A stretch of 64,000 nt of DNA from Felis catus. Its lineage: Eukaryota. The notes below the pieces were generated by a model that ran no database searches, was not told where the DNA came from, and saw nothing but the letters and a program-made list of their open reading frames with translations. Each line of letters begins with the position of its first letter. Position 1 is the first letter of the stretch. Location: contig NC_058368.1 of assembly GCF_018350175.1 (NCBI RefSeq), forward strand, positions 109,990,001 through 110,054,000, read 5' to 3'. Position numbers and translations under genes: made by a program. Of this stretch, positions 38,901 to 51,700 are shown piece by piece.

Positions 38901-41736
38901 CTTGTCTCCCGATTTTCAATTCCTCCTTTGGCCGAGCCAGGTTAGCTACTTTATACCCTTGAGTGCAGGAGGGACCAAGGGCAGCGAATCCGATTTTTTG
39001 GACATGTGATTTGCAAGTCCTCTGTGAGGCAACCAGTTCCTCCCTTTGGGGTTAAGGGTGTCATGTCAACAGCGGTCTTGGCCTCCACTGGCACTGAGGC
39101 CCGTGCACAGGTATCTCTTGCTCTCCAAAGCCAACAATGAAAGAGATAAAGTTTTGCTCTCTGAAATGTTGGTACTCACTATTGAAAACTCAGGGACCAA
39201 ACGGAGGAGGGTAAAGCGGCATTCTCACCCTGTGAAGCGAGCCTGCACTCCCCTTACACAGATAAGGAGCCAGATGGATTTGGGTGTTTAGCTTTAGCAC
39301 CCAGCACGGGCTGGCTTGAGGGCTGCCTGACGTAGCGTGTCTGACACGGTGTCTGGCCTGTGCCGGGCATCCCTTTTTCCAGAGGATGAGGGCATGGAAG
39401 GTAAAGCTGCACCTTCCTTCCATTTTGTAGCAGTGACAGCAGAAACACAGCGGTAAATTCGCCAGGTGACCATCTCCTCTGTTTCACAGAGGTGCCCTGG
39501 ATACAGAGGTAGTGTGGTAATCTGATGAAACCACTGTGTTCCGTCTTGCTTGCCTGGAGTGCAGGGAGGGTGTCCTGCTCCCACACAGGCCTCTCCCTGC
39601 AGTTCTCCTCCGTGACACGGTGCATCTGTGACCCCAGAACATTAGCATGTGAAGCCCTGCATCCTGCCCGGCTCGCGGCTCAAACCCTTCCTTCCCAGCC
39701 GACACGTCTCCCTCACAGGATCAATGAAAAGGACAAGTATCTTTCCAAAAAGCACAAGAAGCTTGTAAAGAATTGAAAGCGAGAGAAAAATCCCCATTTA
39801 AACAATGTTTTCCCCACGATCCCAATCTAAACGTTCAGAAAAGTGCAGAAACGTGCATTATTGGAAAGCTTTTTAAACGAGCAACTTTGAGATTAATTTA
39901 TTGTGATGCATGGACATCTTGCTCACCAAGGACCCTGGGGCCTGGGCCTCTGCCTCAAGGAGAGGAGCGGTGGCTCTGTGGCTGGTGTGGCCGGGGAGAG
40001 GGAGGGGGTGGTGGTGCTGGGGAGGGTGGAGGGCACGTGGCGAGAGAACACTGTGCCCTTAGTTCCGAGATCAGGCCATGATATGGAAAGCCAAAAGCCA
40101 CTCGAAGAGAATGTTCAGGTGATAGATGGAGAGAGGGAGGCCACCCTTATATTTCATGCCCGCCAGTGTACAGAGACGGATGAGCAGGAGATTTAGCTCC
40201 ATCTGACAGTCAGGCACAGGACTGACTCCCATGGCTGAGGTACCTGGCCTCTGCCCTCCTCCCTGGGAGGGGTCACCTGTTCCGCAGAGACAGGAAGAGG
40301 GTGCAGCCCCAGCATGAACCACCTCAGCGGAGCACGGCAGCCACCAGCCTTGGGGTTCCTGGCAATGTCCCCAGCCAGCTGCAGACAATGGCACACACCG
40401 GCCGAGCCTGAGCTAAGCCAGCTGCATGGGAAGACGCAATTTAGGAGACCCCACCCCCCTCCACCAGCCCACTGCCCAACACAACACCAAAAACTTAATA
40501 CAACCCCCTTCTCGGGCAGAGGTCCTCCAGACCCATCCTTTAACAGAGTGACCAAGTCTTGCCAGGAGGTACCCCACAGACCCCGTCCTGCCTGGTGCCC
40601 AAGGACCCTGGCAAAAAAAGAAAAATATAATGTCAAAGTCTCAACCCATGCCAGCCCATTGGCTCCAGTTTTTAAATTAAATCCAAAATGTTGTTGCTGA
40701 AGTGTTTGAGATATTACTTTCTTAGTTTTAGTGAGGTTTCTTTAATGTCCACTGATTTCTGGGTAATAAGTTGTACCTATATGTCTCATTTCAATTACCT
40801 ATTTAACATTCACTGAACCATAAATTCATTCCCATAGCTATGGGAATTTCATATAGAGTCCCTATGACTTTGAAAAACCATTGATGCCTCATGCTCCGAG
40901 TGGCCGCGTGTCAGGCCTTTATGGCTGGGTTAACTCATTTTGTGGCTTCCTTAATGGCTGTGAGTTTACATTTTATTGCATATCTATTTTTGGGGCTGGG
41001 CTGTGATGAATGGTTTGGCTGCCTGGTTCAAAACAAGTCCAAGGCAACAGCAGATTCTAATTTGCTTTAAAAATGATGATTATAAAGCTTTTCAAATAAT
41101 AATCCAGGAACGAAGGAAACACATCCCACATTGCTCTGCATGAGACGTATGGCTGGAAGTGAAGTAATGACATCCCTCCTTTTCCACAGGTAGCTCATGT
41201 TTATAATGACCTTCATTAGGGAGGCCAGGGAGGCCTTTTTCATCATGGGCAATCAGCATGCTTGCATTTCCTCAAGAGTAAAGCCAGTTTTCTCCTTGGC
41301 CCCGACTGATTCTCAGAAACAGAACTCACGGAGCAGAGGCTTCTGCAGTACCAGGTACCAGGATTGTTCTAAGTGGTGCCATTCTCTGGTTAATGATGTC
41401 ATCGTGGGACATCTCAGTAGTGATGCCTGGTGCATCCTCCAAGTCCTTGAAGTCAAGTCTGGGTACCTGGCTGTATGCATTGACCTCTTCCTTCCTCCCA
41501 TCTTTTGCAGAGGGGCCGAGCACAGAAAGCATTGCTGGGAATGCCTCAGAGCTGTGCCCAGGACACTGGTTGCTCCTCTCCTGACATGCAGGGATGCTCT
41601 CCCTGTCATCTGCCTTGACCTCTGCTCTTTTCTTGTTCGTGTTCTATGAGATTAGAATCACCAGGGGGTCCCTATGTGGGGAAGGTGGGGAGAATATTGT
41701 AGGAGGGGACACTGAGGACAGGAGGGAGGGTCTTGT

Positions 41737-41945
41737 CCAGTGACGTGCAGGTCAGTGCTTAACAGTTGGCTCTCCAGAGGAAGAAAGTGCCCCCCCCTTT
41801 TGTAGCATTTGTGTGGTATGAATTTCTGTGGTGTAGATACTCCCACCATGGCTGATTTAAAGCTATCAAGTGTTTCCCTGCAAAATTGCTGAAAATCTAG
41901 TCATTGGCTCTCATGAGCTAGGTCTAGGGAGTTGCTGATACTGCC
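41737..41945. mobile_element. MER63-like hAT-Blackjack element
   Basis: TTAACAGTTGGCTCTCC...TTGTAGCATTTG...TTTCTGTGGTGTAGATACTCCCACCATGGCTGATTTAAAGCTA fits the remembered MER63 consensus. Confidence 0.7.
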
Positions 41946-41973
41946 ACACATTCTAAAATGTAGAGATTTATTT

Positions 41974-42195
41974 ATTAAAAAAGTATTTTTTTAATGTTTA
42001 TTTATTTTTGAGAGAGACAGACAGAACACGAGCAGGGGAGGAGCAGAGAGAGGGAGGCACAGAATCCGAAACAGGCTCTATCCAGGCTCTGAGCTGTCAT
42101 CACAGAGCCCGACATGGGGCTCGAACTCACAAACCGTGAGATCATGACCTGAGCCGAAGCCGGACACTCAACCGACTGAGCCACCCAGGTGCCCC
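41974..42195 (-). mobile_element. CAN-SINE (SINEC_Fc-type) with 20-bp TSD
   Basis: TSD TAAAATGTAGAGATTTATTT at 41954-41973 and 42196-42215; full SINE body between. Confidence 0.95.
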
Positions 42196-43199
42196 TAAAA
42201 TGTAGAGATTTATTTCAAGGCATAAACTTTTCTACAAGGCAAACACCTCCCACAGCAGGTTAAGCCTACCAGTCATTCACACCTTATTATGAACTACTGT
42301 ACGTCGATAGGAGTTTCAGTAGTGGGCAGGGAGAAGGACGATGGGTACCTATCACAGTACATCAGGCAGAGCCCTGTAATTGGGGGTTGGATTTTGAGCT
42401 TCGGCAACAGGGATGTTGTGAACCGGAAAGGCACCCTTCCCGCCCTCCCTGCCCCCGTGTCAAGTTCATGGACTTTCCACAGGGAAGAGTCCCACTCGTT
42501 TCTCTCCTCATGTCATATGAGTACCTCCTCTATCTGCCACAAGAGCCCTTCCTGCCAGTGAATCATGACTGCTTCTCAGGCCTTGTGAATGTTTGCATTA
42601 ACGGCATGAAATGCCAACACGAAGCAGGAATATTTTTCTGAGAAGCCGAACTCCAGGTAGAGGTTGAGGCTGGGGAGAGGATGTGAGGATCTGTGCTTGA
42701 GAGTACTCAATGCACCTTGGCGGTGGGTGGGTGGGGGGGTCTCACACCTATTCCCCAAATTCTAGGGCATGCTGGTAGGAGCAGTGAGCTTGTAGGTCAT
42801 GTCCAAGGGTGTCTCACACAGGATGCACATATCACCTGCTTTAAGCAGGGGCTGAATGTTTAAGAAACATAAAGGGGTTTCATCTCTTTGAGGCCAAGAA
42901 TGTTCCCTCTTGTCTCAAGTTTGGGGTCAGCACTGCCCTCCCCTCTCCTCCCTGCTGAATTCTGTGAGCTCTCTACCGGAGCTCATTCCTCCTGCCCGGC
43001 CAAGCCTCCAGAACGCTCCTGCAGAATCTGCCTCCTGGAGTCATAGACTCCCTCGGGTATCTGACAGTGCCCTCCCAGCCACACTTAAGTCACAGTCCTG
43101 GGTTCCTCCAGTGACACCAAGAAGGGCCTTTACCCAAAAGTAACAGAGCGTGCATTCCCTCTTCCCACCCACGCTCTTTTACCCTTTTCTTAAAGCTCA

Positions 43200-43523
<324 letters not shown>

Positions 43524-45429
43524 TCAGGGCTGTGGGCATGGCTGGAGCCAAGAGGGGCTGTGGTCACCGCCCAAGGGAGGGGTGAAGACTCCAGTGACAG
43601 CTCAGTGGGCCATGGGGAGCACCCAAAGCTCTTTGGTTTTGTCTTGCCTCACCCTCTCATTCTATAGATGAGAAAACTGAGGCTCAGGGAGGGCAGGGAC
43701 TTTCCCAGGGTCACACAATGGTCGGGTCAGAGTCAGGATGAGGGTTCAGGTGGACAGATCCCAGACGGTCTCAGTTGGGAATGATCTTTGCGGGTCCTGG
43801 TCTACCCCTTCATGCTACAGATGGGGAAACAGGGAGAAGAAGGGGCCTGATCAGATTAACTCAGCAAAGAAACAGTGGCTGAGTGCAGCCTAGTTTCTTA
43901 GAGCTGGAAGTTTCGTAGAGCTGGAAGGTCACTTCTCCATCAGTGCATGCCTGCCTGACCCCCCACACTCCAAAAGCCCTCACGGATCTCAGGGCAGCAC
44001 CTGCTAGTCACAGCACCCGTCCCCCCAGAAAGGGGCAGCTGCCATTCTACTGACTTGGCCTGAGCTCCATGGCTCTGCCTGCCTCGTTCTGCCAGGGGCA
44101 TAAACGTCTGCCTTTGGGATTCTGGCATGGTGCTACGGATGGGCCTTTATGAACTTTCCTCTGGCCACAGCCTCGCCAGCATGACCAGCCAGGTGCCAAA
44201 AGGTGACTAAGGGTGGAAATTCCAGGCACCCTCACTCAGCTGGAGCCAGAGGCTGGGTTTTCCGGGACTAAAGTCTTGCAAGGAAAATGCTGAGAACGAA
44301 ATCTCAGAAGAAAGGAAATGATTTCATTTTATTTTGTGGGGAGAGGGGGACAGAGACATTTTCTCTTTATTTAACAGTTTTAGCTTGGCCTGCTACGTTA
44401 AAGGCAATTTAATGTGATAACGTTAAAAAAAAATGACCCTTCACCTAGCAAGTAAGTGTTCAATAAAAGGGAGATCAACCAGAACGCCGGAAATCAATCT
44501 TCCAAAGATGGAAATTTCCCCTTGTCTATTTCTACATTGGAAATTGATTAACTTTTCATAGGACTGACAAGTTTTTCCCTGACACCTTTGATTCAGTGTC
44601 AAGGAAAGGCCCACTTTAGCTGGGCTCTGCTTGGCAGTTTTATGAAATGGACTTTAAATACATTAAGTTTTAAGGAGGAAATCATAATCCGATTACCATA
44701 CTTGTTAACGGCTTCAGGTGCCTCGGGGCATGTGCCTGCCAGGTTAGAGCAACATGCCTAGGAAGGTTCTGTTTACTTCTCAGCCACCTGGGAGCCACAT
44801 GGGGCTGGGGCGGTGAGAGCTCACAGGCACTTCTGTCTAAGACAAGCCAAATCCACCTGTTCTCAGTGCTCCCTGAACGGCCAGTAGTGCAGGGAACTGC
44901 CAGATGGTTGTTCTTGCAAGGTAACTGTAACTGACAGGACCTGGGCTTTTCCCAGAGTGGCTCGGGTCATCTGTGGGTGGCTGGCCCTGCTCCTTGGGGT
45001 CTTAGCCATAGCTGGGAGCCGAGTACTCCCGGAGATGGTCACATGATGGTTGGCAGGGCTGGGATGGTGTGTGCCCGGGAGGCCGTGGGCTGCAAGCCTC
45101 CTGGGAGGCAGGCTACGTACAGATGGACTGGCACGTGTTGCCCAGGAGAGTGAGCACAGCAGGGTTTTGCAATGCCTTACAATCTGTGCTTCACAACGTA
45201 CTCTCTGCAAGCAGCCTCTGGACTGGCTGGAGTAGAGGGCCTTGAGAGGGGGACCCTGCGTGGCAAAGCCTCCAGGTGACTGCTCTGTACTTGGATTTTG
45301 TGGGCACCTGCTGGCCTCACAGACCTTAGGAGAACAAAGTGGAGCCTTCTTATGGGAGCCATTCTCCCCCAGGGAGACCCTCATGCTGTGAGGAGAGTAG
45401 GTGCATATGCATCAGCCCACCTGGGTTTT

Positions 45430-45483
45430 TTTTTTTTTTTTTTTTTTTTTTTTGAGAGAGAGGGCACAAGTGAGTGAAGGGAA

Positions 45484-45534
<51 letters not shown>

Positions 45535-45672
45535 AGAGAGAGAATCTCATGAGGGGTGGGAAGGGGGGAGGGAAGCAGGACTCGTGCTCACCCAATGAGG
45601 GACTTGAACTCACGAACCGTGAGATGATGACCCGAGCTGAAGTCAGATGCTTCCGGGCCACCCAGCTGCCCC
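45430..45672 (-). mobile_element. CAN-SINE variant with expanded (GA)n and a short deletion in the head
   Basis: TSD AGCCCACCTGGGTTTT on both sides, T-tail, long (GA)n run. Head reads GGGGCAGCTGGGTGGCCCGGAAGCATCTGACTTCAGCTC. Confidence 0.9.
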
Positions 45673-46707
45673 AGCCCACCTGGGTTTTGCCTGAGTTCAT
45701 CATGTTCTTGACAGTGACCACAACTCAGGCAAGTTACTTGATTTCTTGGAACCTTGGTTTCCTCATCTAAAAATATCTGTAGAGTGGGGATAACAGGAGT
45801 ACCTCCCAGCTTAGAGGATGGCCAAAAGGTTGAAGGGGGAAATGATAATAACAAAGGCAGTGATGATGGCATGGATGTTGAGCACCTATCACCTACCGAG
45901 AGGATACCATGTGCTAGGCACCATGTCGAACACTTCATACGCCTTAGCTCCTTTCATCCACCTGCTGACGCTGTGATGGTCATGGACAAGAAACAGAAGC
46001 CCAGACAGGTGAGGTTTTCTCCTAAGAACCACTAGCTAGTAGATACAGGAGGCAAGGCTTGAACTCAGGAAGCTTGACCAGAATGTCTGAGTTCCTAGCT
46101 ACTACACTGCACACAAAGGGACTCTCTTATGTTTCTTATGTCATTAGTAAAGGGCCTTGCTTAGTGCCATGCACACAGTGGATGCACACAGAGTGCCAGG
46201 GCAGTCTGCAGCCCAGTCTTTCCTAGTGACCTGGCCGCAGCTTTGATAAGGTCATTGTGCCGTGTGAAGGATGTCTTTAAAGTGGCATCGAAGGTGGGGA
46301 CTCATCTATATTGTCTGTCCTCCGGGTGGGCACTCTGTGGGCTCTGAGGAACAGCTGCCCCCACCCCACCAGCCTACACGGAGAGGCTGACCTCACCCTC
46401 CTTGCATATCTCTGCACCTGCCCGGTGAGGCTCCAGGCCCTTCGAGGGAGACCAGCAGAGCGGGAGTAGGAACGCAGGCTCTTCTGGCCTACCTGACCTG
46501 CCTGTCTGCCACCAGCATCCTAGAGGCCCTCTCGGCAGCTGGCAGGGGCTGGTGCTCTGGGTTACTCCTTCACTTTCTGCTGCAGACAATAACTGCCCGG
46601 GCACCACCTCGGAGCTGGAGAAAGGGACATGTGTGCTGTGCTTGCGGAGGGAGGCAGGGCTTCCTGCAAAGCAAAGCAGGTCGGGCCCTGCAGAATGGCG
46701 AGGTCCT

Positions 46708-46913
46708 GGGGGCGCCCGGGTGGCTCAGTCGGTTAAACATCTGACTCTTGATTTCGCCTCAGGTCATGATCTCACAGCTCCTGGCATCGAGCCCCGTGCC
46801 GGGCTTTGCACTGACAGTGTGCAGCCTGCTTGGGATTCTCTCTTTTCCTTTCCCTCTGCCCCTCTCCCATTCTCTCTCTCTCTCAAAACAAATTAACAAA
46901 CTAAAAAATAAAA
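46708..46913 (+). mobile_element. Older CAN-SINE
   Basis: GGGGCGCCCGGGTGGCTCAGTCGGTTAAACATCTGACTCTTGATTTC head, CT-rich segment, A-rich tail. No clear TSD. Confidence 0.9.
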
Positions 46914-47161
46914 GCCACTTTTATCCTGTTTAAAAAAAAAAGAGCCCCCAAGCTGCTTGGTGGAAGCGAGACCTACTTCCTTTCAACATTCCCGCCAAGC
47001 AAAGTAGAGGATGCCAAGAAGACAAGACTTACATCCTGATGAAAACATTCAAGGCTAGCCCCTCGGAAGTATGTATTTTGCCAGCTAGCTGAGAGCGTTT
47101 TGAAGCTTGTTTGTAAATATTGGCTGAAGGTGGCGGGTGGGAAAACACTGAGAGATTCTCA

Positions 47162-47620
<459 letters not shown>

Positions 47621-48569
47621 TCACTGGGGGTCTTGGGCATTTAGCACGGGCAGTGCAGGCTGCACCTGGAGTACATGGGGCCTGTCTGTCCATCGGCCTG
47701 CCAATCCATCTCATCGATATACGAGTTCAGTGAAGCACTGAATATATGCTTTGCAGGATACCCATGCTAGAAGGAGCCGGTCTGCTCATCCCACAAATAT
47801 TTATTGAACACCTATTATATGCCAGACACGGAGCAACCGTGCCAGATACAACGGGGAAGCTGGGCTAGGGCAATTCACAGCGGCAGCCCCACAGCGGATT
47901 TAGGAAAACTGGCCCCAGTTCTATTTTGTAATAGCTCGTCTTTGCCTTAATCCTACCTTAAAGGCTGCTTTTGAATACTTGGCCTCATAGATTAGGGAAT
48001 TTTAGTTAACAGGACTAATAAGCCCCTGCTTAAGTTAATTAGGTACATTCCCAGAGCTGGATTACTTCAGAACAAACATGTGTACACAATCTATGACCAA
48101 GAAACAAAAGGGAGCTTTAAGAAATTATAACTGAAGCACACGGCCCATGACTCTTAGGTCTTGTATCTCAGGCATGCTTGCTGAACAGCATCAGAACCAC
48201 TCGGTGTTCTGGCAAATGAGGCCTGTGATGCACTGTGACAGGATGTAGTTTATCTTGTTGGGGATGGGCCCACTAGGGTGAACACCACGCAGGGCTCAGC
48301 CCATAGCTGAGGCGGTGGGGCTGTTTGCGGAGCAGGATGGCTCCTCGCGCTCCCACTTCCCCACCTCCCTGGGGAGGGAGCATTATGGCACTTGGCTTTG
48401 CTAAGTCCCGGGGAGTGAGTGTGGGCTTGGGCTCCTCACTGTCTACCCCATCGAAGGCCAGGCCAATGCGTGCTGCTCGGAAGGGACTGTTGGGCCTGGG
48501 GCTCTTCCCCTCAAGTCTAAGGCCAATTGAGGGCACCAGGTAACAGCTCAGGGTTGGAGAGTCAATATC

Positions 48570-48785
48570 AAGCAGTGCTGGAGAGCACTGGTTCCGGAGT
48601 CCACTGAGCGTGAGTCCTGGGTTTGCTGCTGCCTAAACATGTGCCTTGTGATTTCATCTGTGAGGTGGGGAGAACAGTGCCTTCCACATGGGGATGCTAT
48701 GAAGATTAAATAAGATACGCACATGAAGGGCTCAGCACTGGCTTGGCACCGAATAAGGGCTCACAAAATGATAGCTACTGTCCCT
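48570..48785 (+). mobile_element. MIR SINE
   Basis: TTTCATCTGTGAGGTGGGGAGAACAGTGCC...TATGAAGATTAAATAAGATA...CTCAGCACTGGCTTGGCAC...TAGCTACT. Confidence 0.65.
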
Positions 48786-51700
48786 TCCTCATGACCAAAA
48801 CCACATTTGCTGAAGAGCAACAAACAAGGAAGCTACTTGGTGCGGAAAGGCTCACAGGGAAATCCGTCTGTCTGTCTGTCCGTCTCCCTCCCTCCCTCAC
48901 TAGACAAGCTTCGATGGCCCCAACCACTTTTTCTCGTGCTTGTTTGCGTTTGTAGATTTTCTTCTAATTTGGGGTCAATTGATTCTCGTCAGAAACAGAT
49001 GCCTGTTACCATTTTCTCATGCATGTTTATTTAGAAAAAAATCAATTGCTGTGTTCAATATAATCAAATTTATTTGCTCTCTGGGAGTCTCCATGCTCTG
49101 ACGAGAATGGCTCTCCCAACCCCCTAACCTGGCTAGTATCTCTCTCTGGTCTGAGAGGAATATCCATTCCTGGGAGCTTTCAGGGCTCCCAGCTGGCAAA
49201 CCAGATTCTCAAGTCCACAGAAGTGCACGGTGTTGAAATCAGTGGCCTTGTCCCACTACAGAATCACTCCTGCCTGGGGGAAGACGTGGTAGCCTGCTGG
49301 GTTCTTCTTCCTGGGCCCGGATAAAAGTCGGTTTTGGGCACAGAGAAGAAGAGTTTGGGCCCAATCTTTTCCCCCCAAACCCCTAGCAGGGTTGAATGGA
49401 GCGGAAGTCAGGACACGGGACACGAGCAGCGTGGATGGGAAGGAGGTTGCTGTGTGGACGGTCTGTAGGGACCGTGCACAGCAGGGCCACCTGAGGGATG
49501 GGCCAGGCTGAGCAGGATGGGCAGGGGCATCTCATCCTTCCGGGTCCCTCCAACCTTCCTCACAGACCTCGGTGGGGCACAGATCTCCTGAGAATCACCT
49601 GCTGCCCTAGGCAGCCCGTGGCCCCCAGCAGGCCAGGGAAACTACTGAGGTGGGGCCCATCAGGTGGTCCACAGCAGGGTCTCTAGGCCCTGCTCCTCCT
49701 CCTCTGGCCGTACAGTTCACTGCGAGTTCAGAGGCTTCTGGCTTTTCCACCTTGGCACTGCCCCGCACACACCTCCTGCTCAGGATGGTAGCTACGTGTC
49801 TAGAAATGAACCTGGCCTAAGGGGTGGGGAAAGGTCCACTCCCGGAGCCCCCGGGCTTGCCCCCTGCCAGGGCCCACACAGGCCATGCCCTTCCCACCCT
49901 TTGTTGGCATTTATTTGCAAAGTCTGTGCCAGATGCCGCTGGCATGCTGGGACACAACGGGGCTTCCGGTCCTGGGTGTCAGAGGTGCCCTCAGACGGAG
50001 AGCTCACGGGGCTAGGGTGAAGGCAGCCTCCCTTGGGGAGGGATCTGCAGGATGAGCCCTGGAGGAGGAAGGACAGAAAGGAAGAAGACCATGCCAGGCA
50101 GCAGGGAACACAGGGCAGGGGCAAGTATCCGGAGGAAGCTGGTGTGGGGGCCAAGTGAACAGCAAGGGGGGAGGGAAGCGTGGGCTGAGGCAGGATGCCA
50201 GGCACTCCTTTGTCCTTCTGTCCTTACTGAGAGCCCTCACTGTGCCCGGGCTGTGGGGGACCGGGCTCTCAAGATGAAGTGGTGTGCTGCTGGGAGAGAA
50301 TCTTATCCTCCTTTACCCCAGAAGCAGTTGTCCTTGACATGAGTCTTAGCCTTGGATAACGAAACCATTGGCCCAATGTTCCCGAGCTCCTCTAGTGTCC
50401 CTAGAACTTTGAGGAGTTGTGAGAACCAGAGGGAAGATGCCCAATGGTGCCATTTTTGCACCCATGGAGATGGTCATTTTAGTTGAAGTCCAAGCCCTCT
50501 CACCGGGATGCCCTCTGACCCTCTATCTCCAGCAAGGACAGCCCCCTGGCAAGCTCCCCCCACCCTCGGCAGGCCTTGCTTTCCAGAATGCAGAGGCTAG
50601 CAAGGTCGGCAGGAGTGACAGCTTAGCAAGTCCCAGTTGTATTTGTTTTTCTTCCCGCCCCTGGTGTCACCATGGGAGCAGACAGGAGTGACTCACAGGG
50701 GGAGCCCCGGGCATTTGTGGATCTGCCAGACCTGGCCTTTAGCTAAAGGCTCCCCACCCTGCTGCCGGTTTTGAACAATTATCTTATTAGAAAAGAAATC
50801 ATGTGTCCATCAAAGAACGTCTGGAAAGTGCAGATGAATATAAAGAAAGGAAAGACATCCTCCAAATCTCCCTCCCAAGGGTTGGCAGGAGGTCAAGCAG
50901 GGCCCTCTGCAAAGGAGATGCTGAGCCCCGGGCTGGCCCACCTCTGCCTCACGGGGACCCCGAGGGCCTGGCCCACACAGCCTCTGTATTCTGACTTTCC
51001 TCTTCCTCTTACTCAGTTTGGACAAGAGAGGGCCAGTACTCAAGGGTTGGGTTCTTCTTCTCTTCAGCTGGGTCACCCCCGACCCCACCCAGCAAACCCA
51101 CGCAGGGGACATGAAGCAGTGGGGGTGTGGAGGGAGAGGACTGGACCCTACAGTGTGCTCCTGCCCAGGGCTCGGCATTCACCGCCCCCTCCATCTGGAA
51201 TGCTCTTGACCCAAATCTCCATGTGGCTTACTCTTCATTCAGGGCCCTGCAGAGACATCACTGAGTCTAAACTAGCATCCCTGCCCCTATTTGGAGTGGG
51301 CCTGGGTCCCAGGGGGAGAGAGGGATCACCTGCCCAGGCTTTATCTTTGGCTCCCTGGACGCTCGGCCCTTTGGAGAGAAGGTCTGTGGAGGGGGCATGG
51401 CTGAGGCCTGGGGACCACAACCTCCCTCTCTGGGTCCCTATGGGTGCTGGCCATGATGATGGTGAGAATGGCAATGGTCAGCCCTTCCTGGGAGCCTCGA
51501 ATCAGGGCTTGTGTGACTCAGCCCCGAGTAAAGTGAAGCTTCCTCACTAACAGATCCACGGCTGGTGGGATTTCCACTGAGAACTCTGGAGAGTGGGATG
51601 CTTGCACAGCCCCTGAGACAAGGATCTAGGGTGAGGAGTGTGTTTGGAGATGGCCCCAAGAACTGAGAGGAAGGAAGAGGGAGGTGAGCCTGGGGTGGGG

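Noticed and set aside
50771..51550. Longest ORF (259 aa, + strand)
   Set aside because: No recognisable domain, P/G/S-rich composition typical of GC-rich intron, and a non-ATG start in the track. Consistent with chance.
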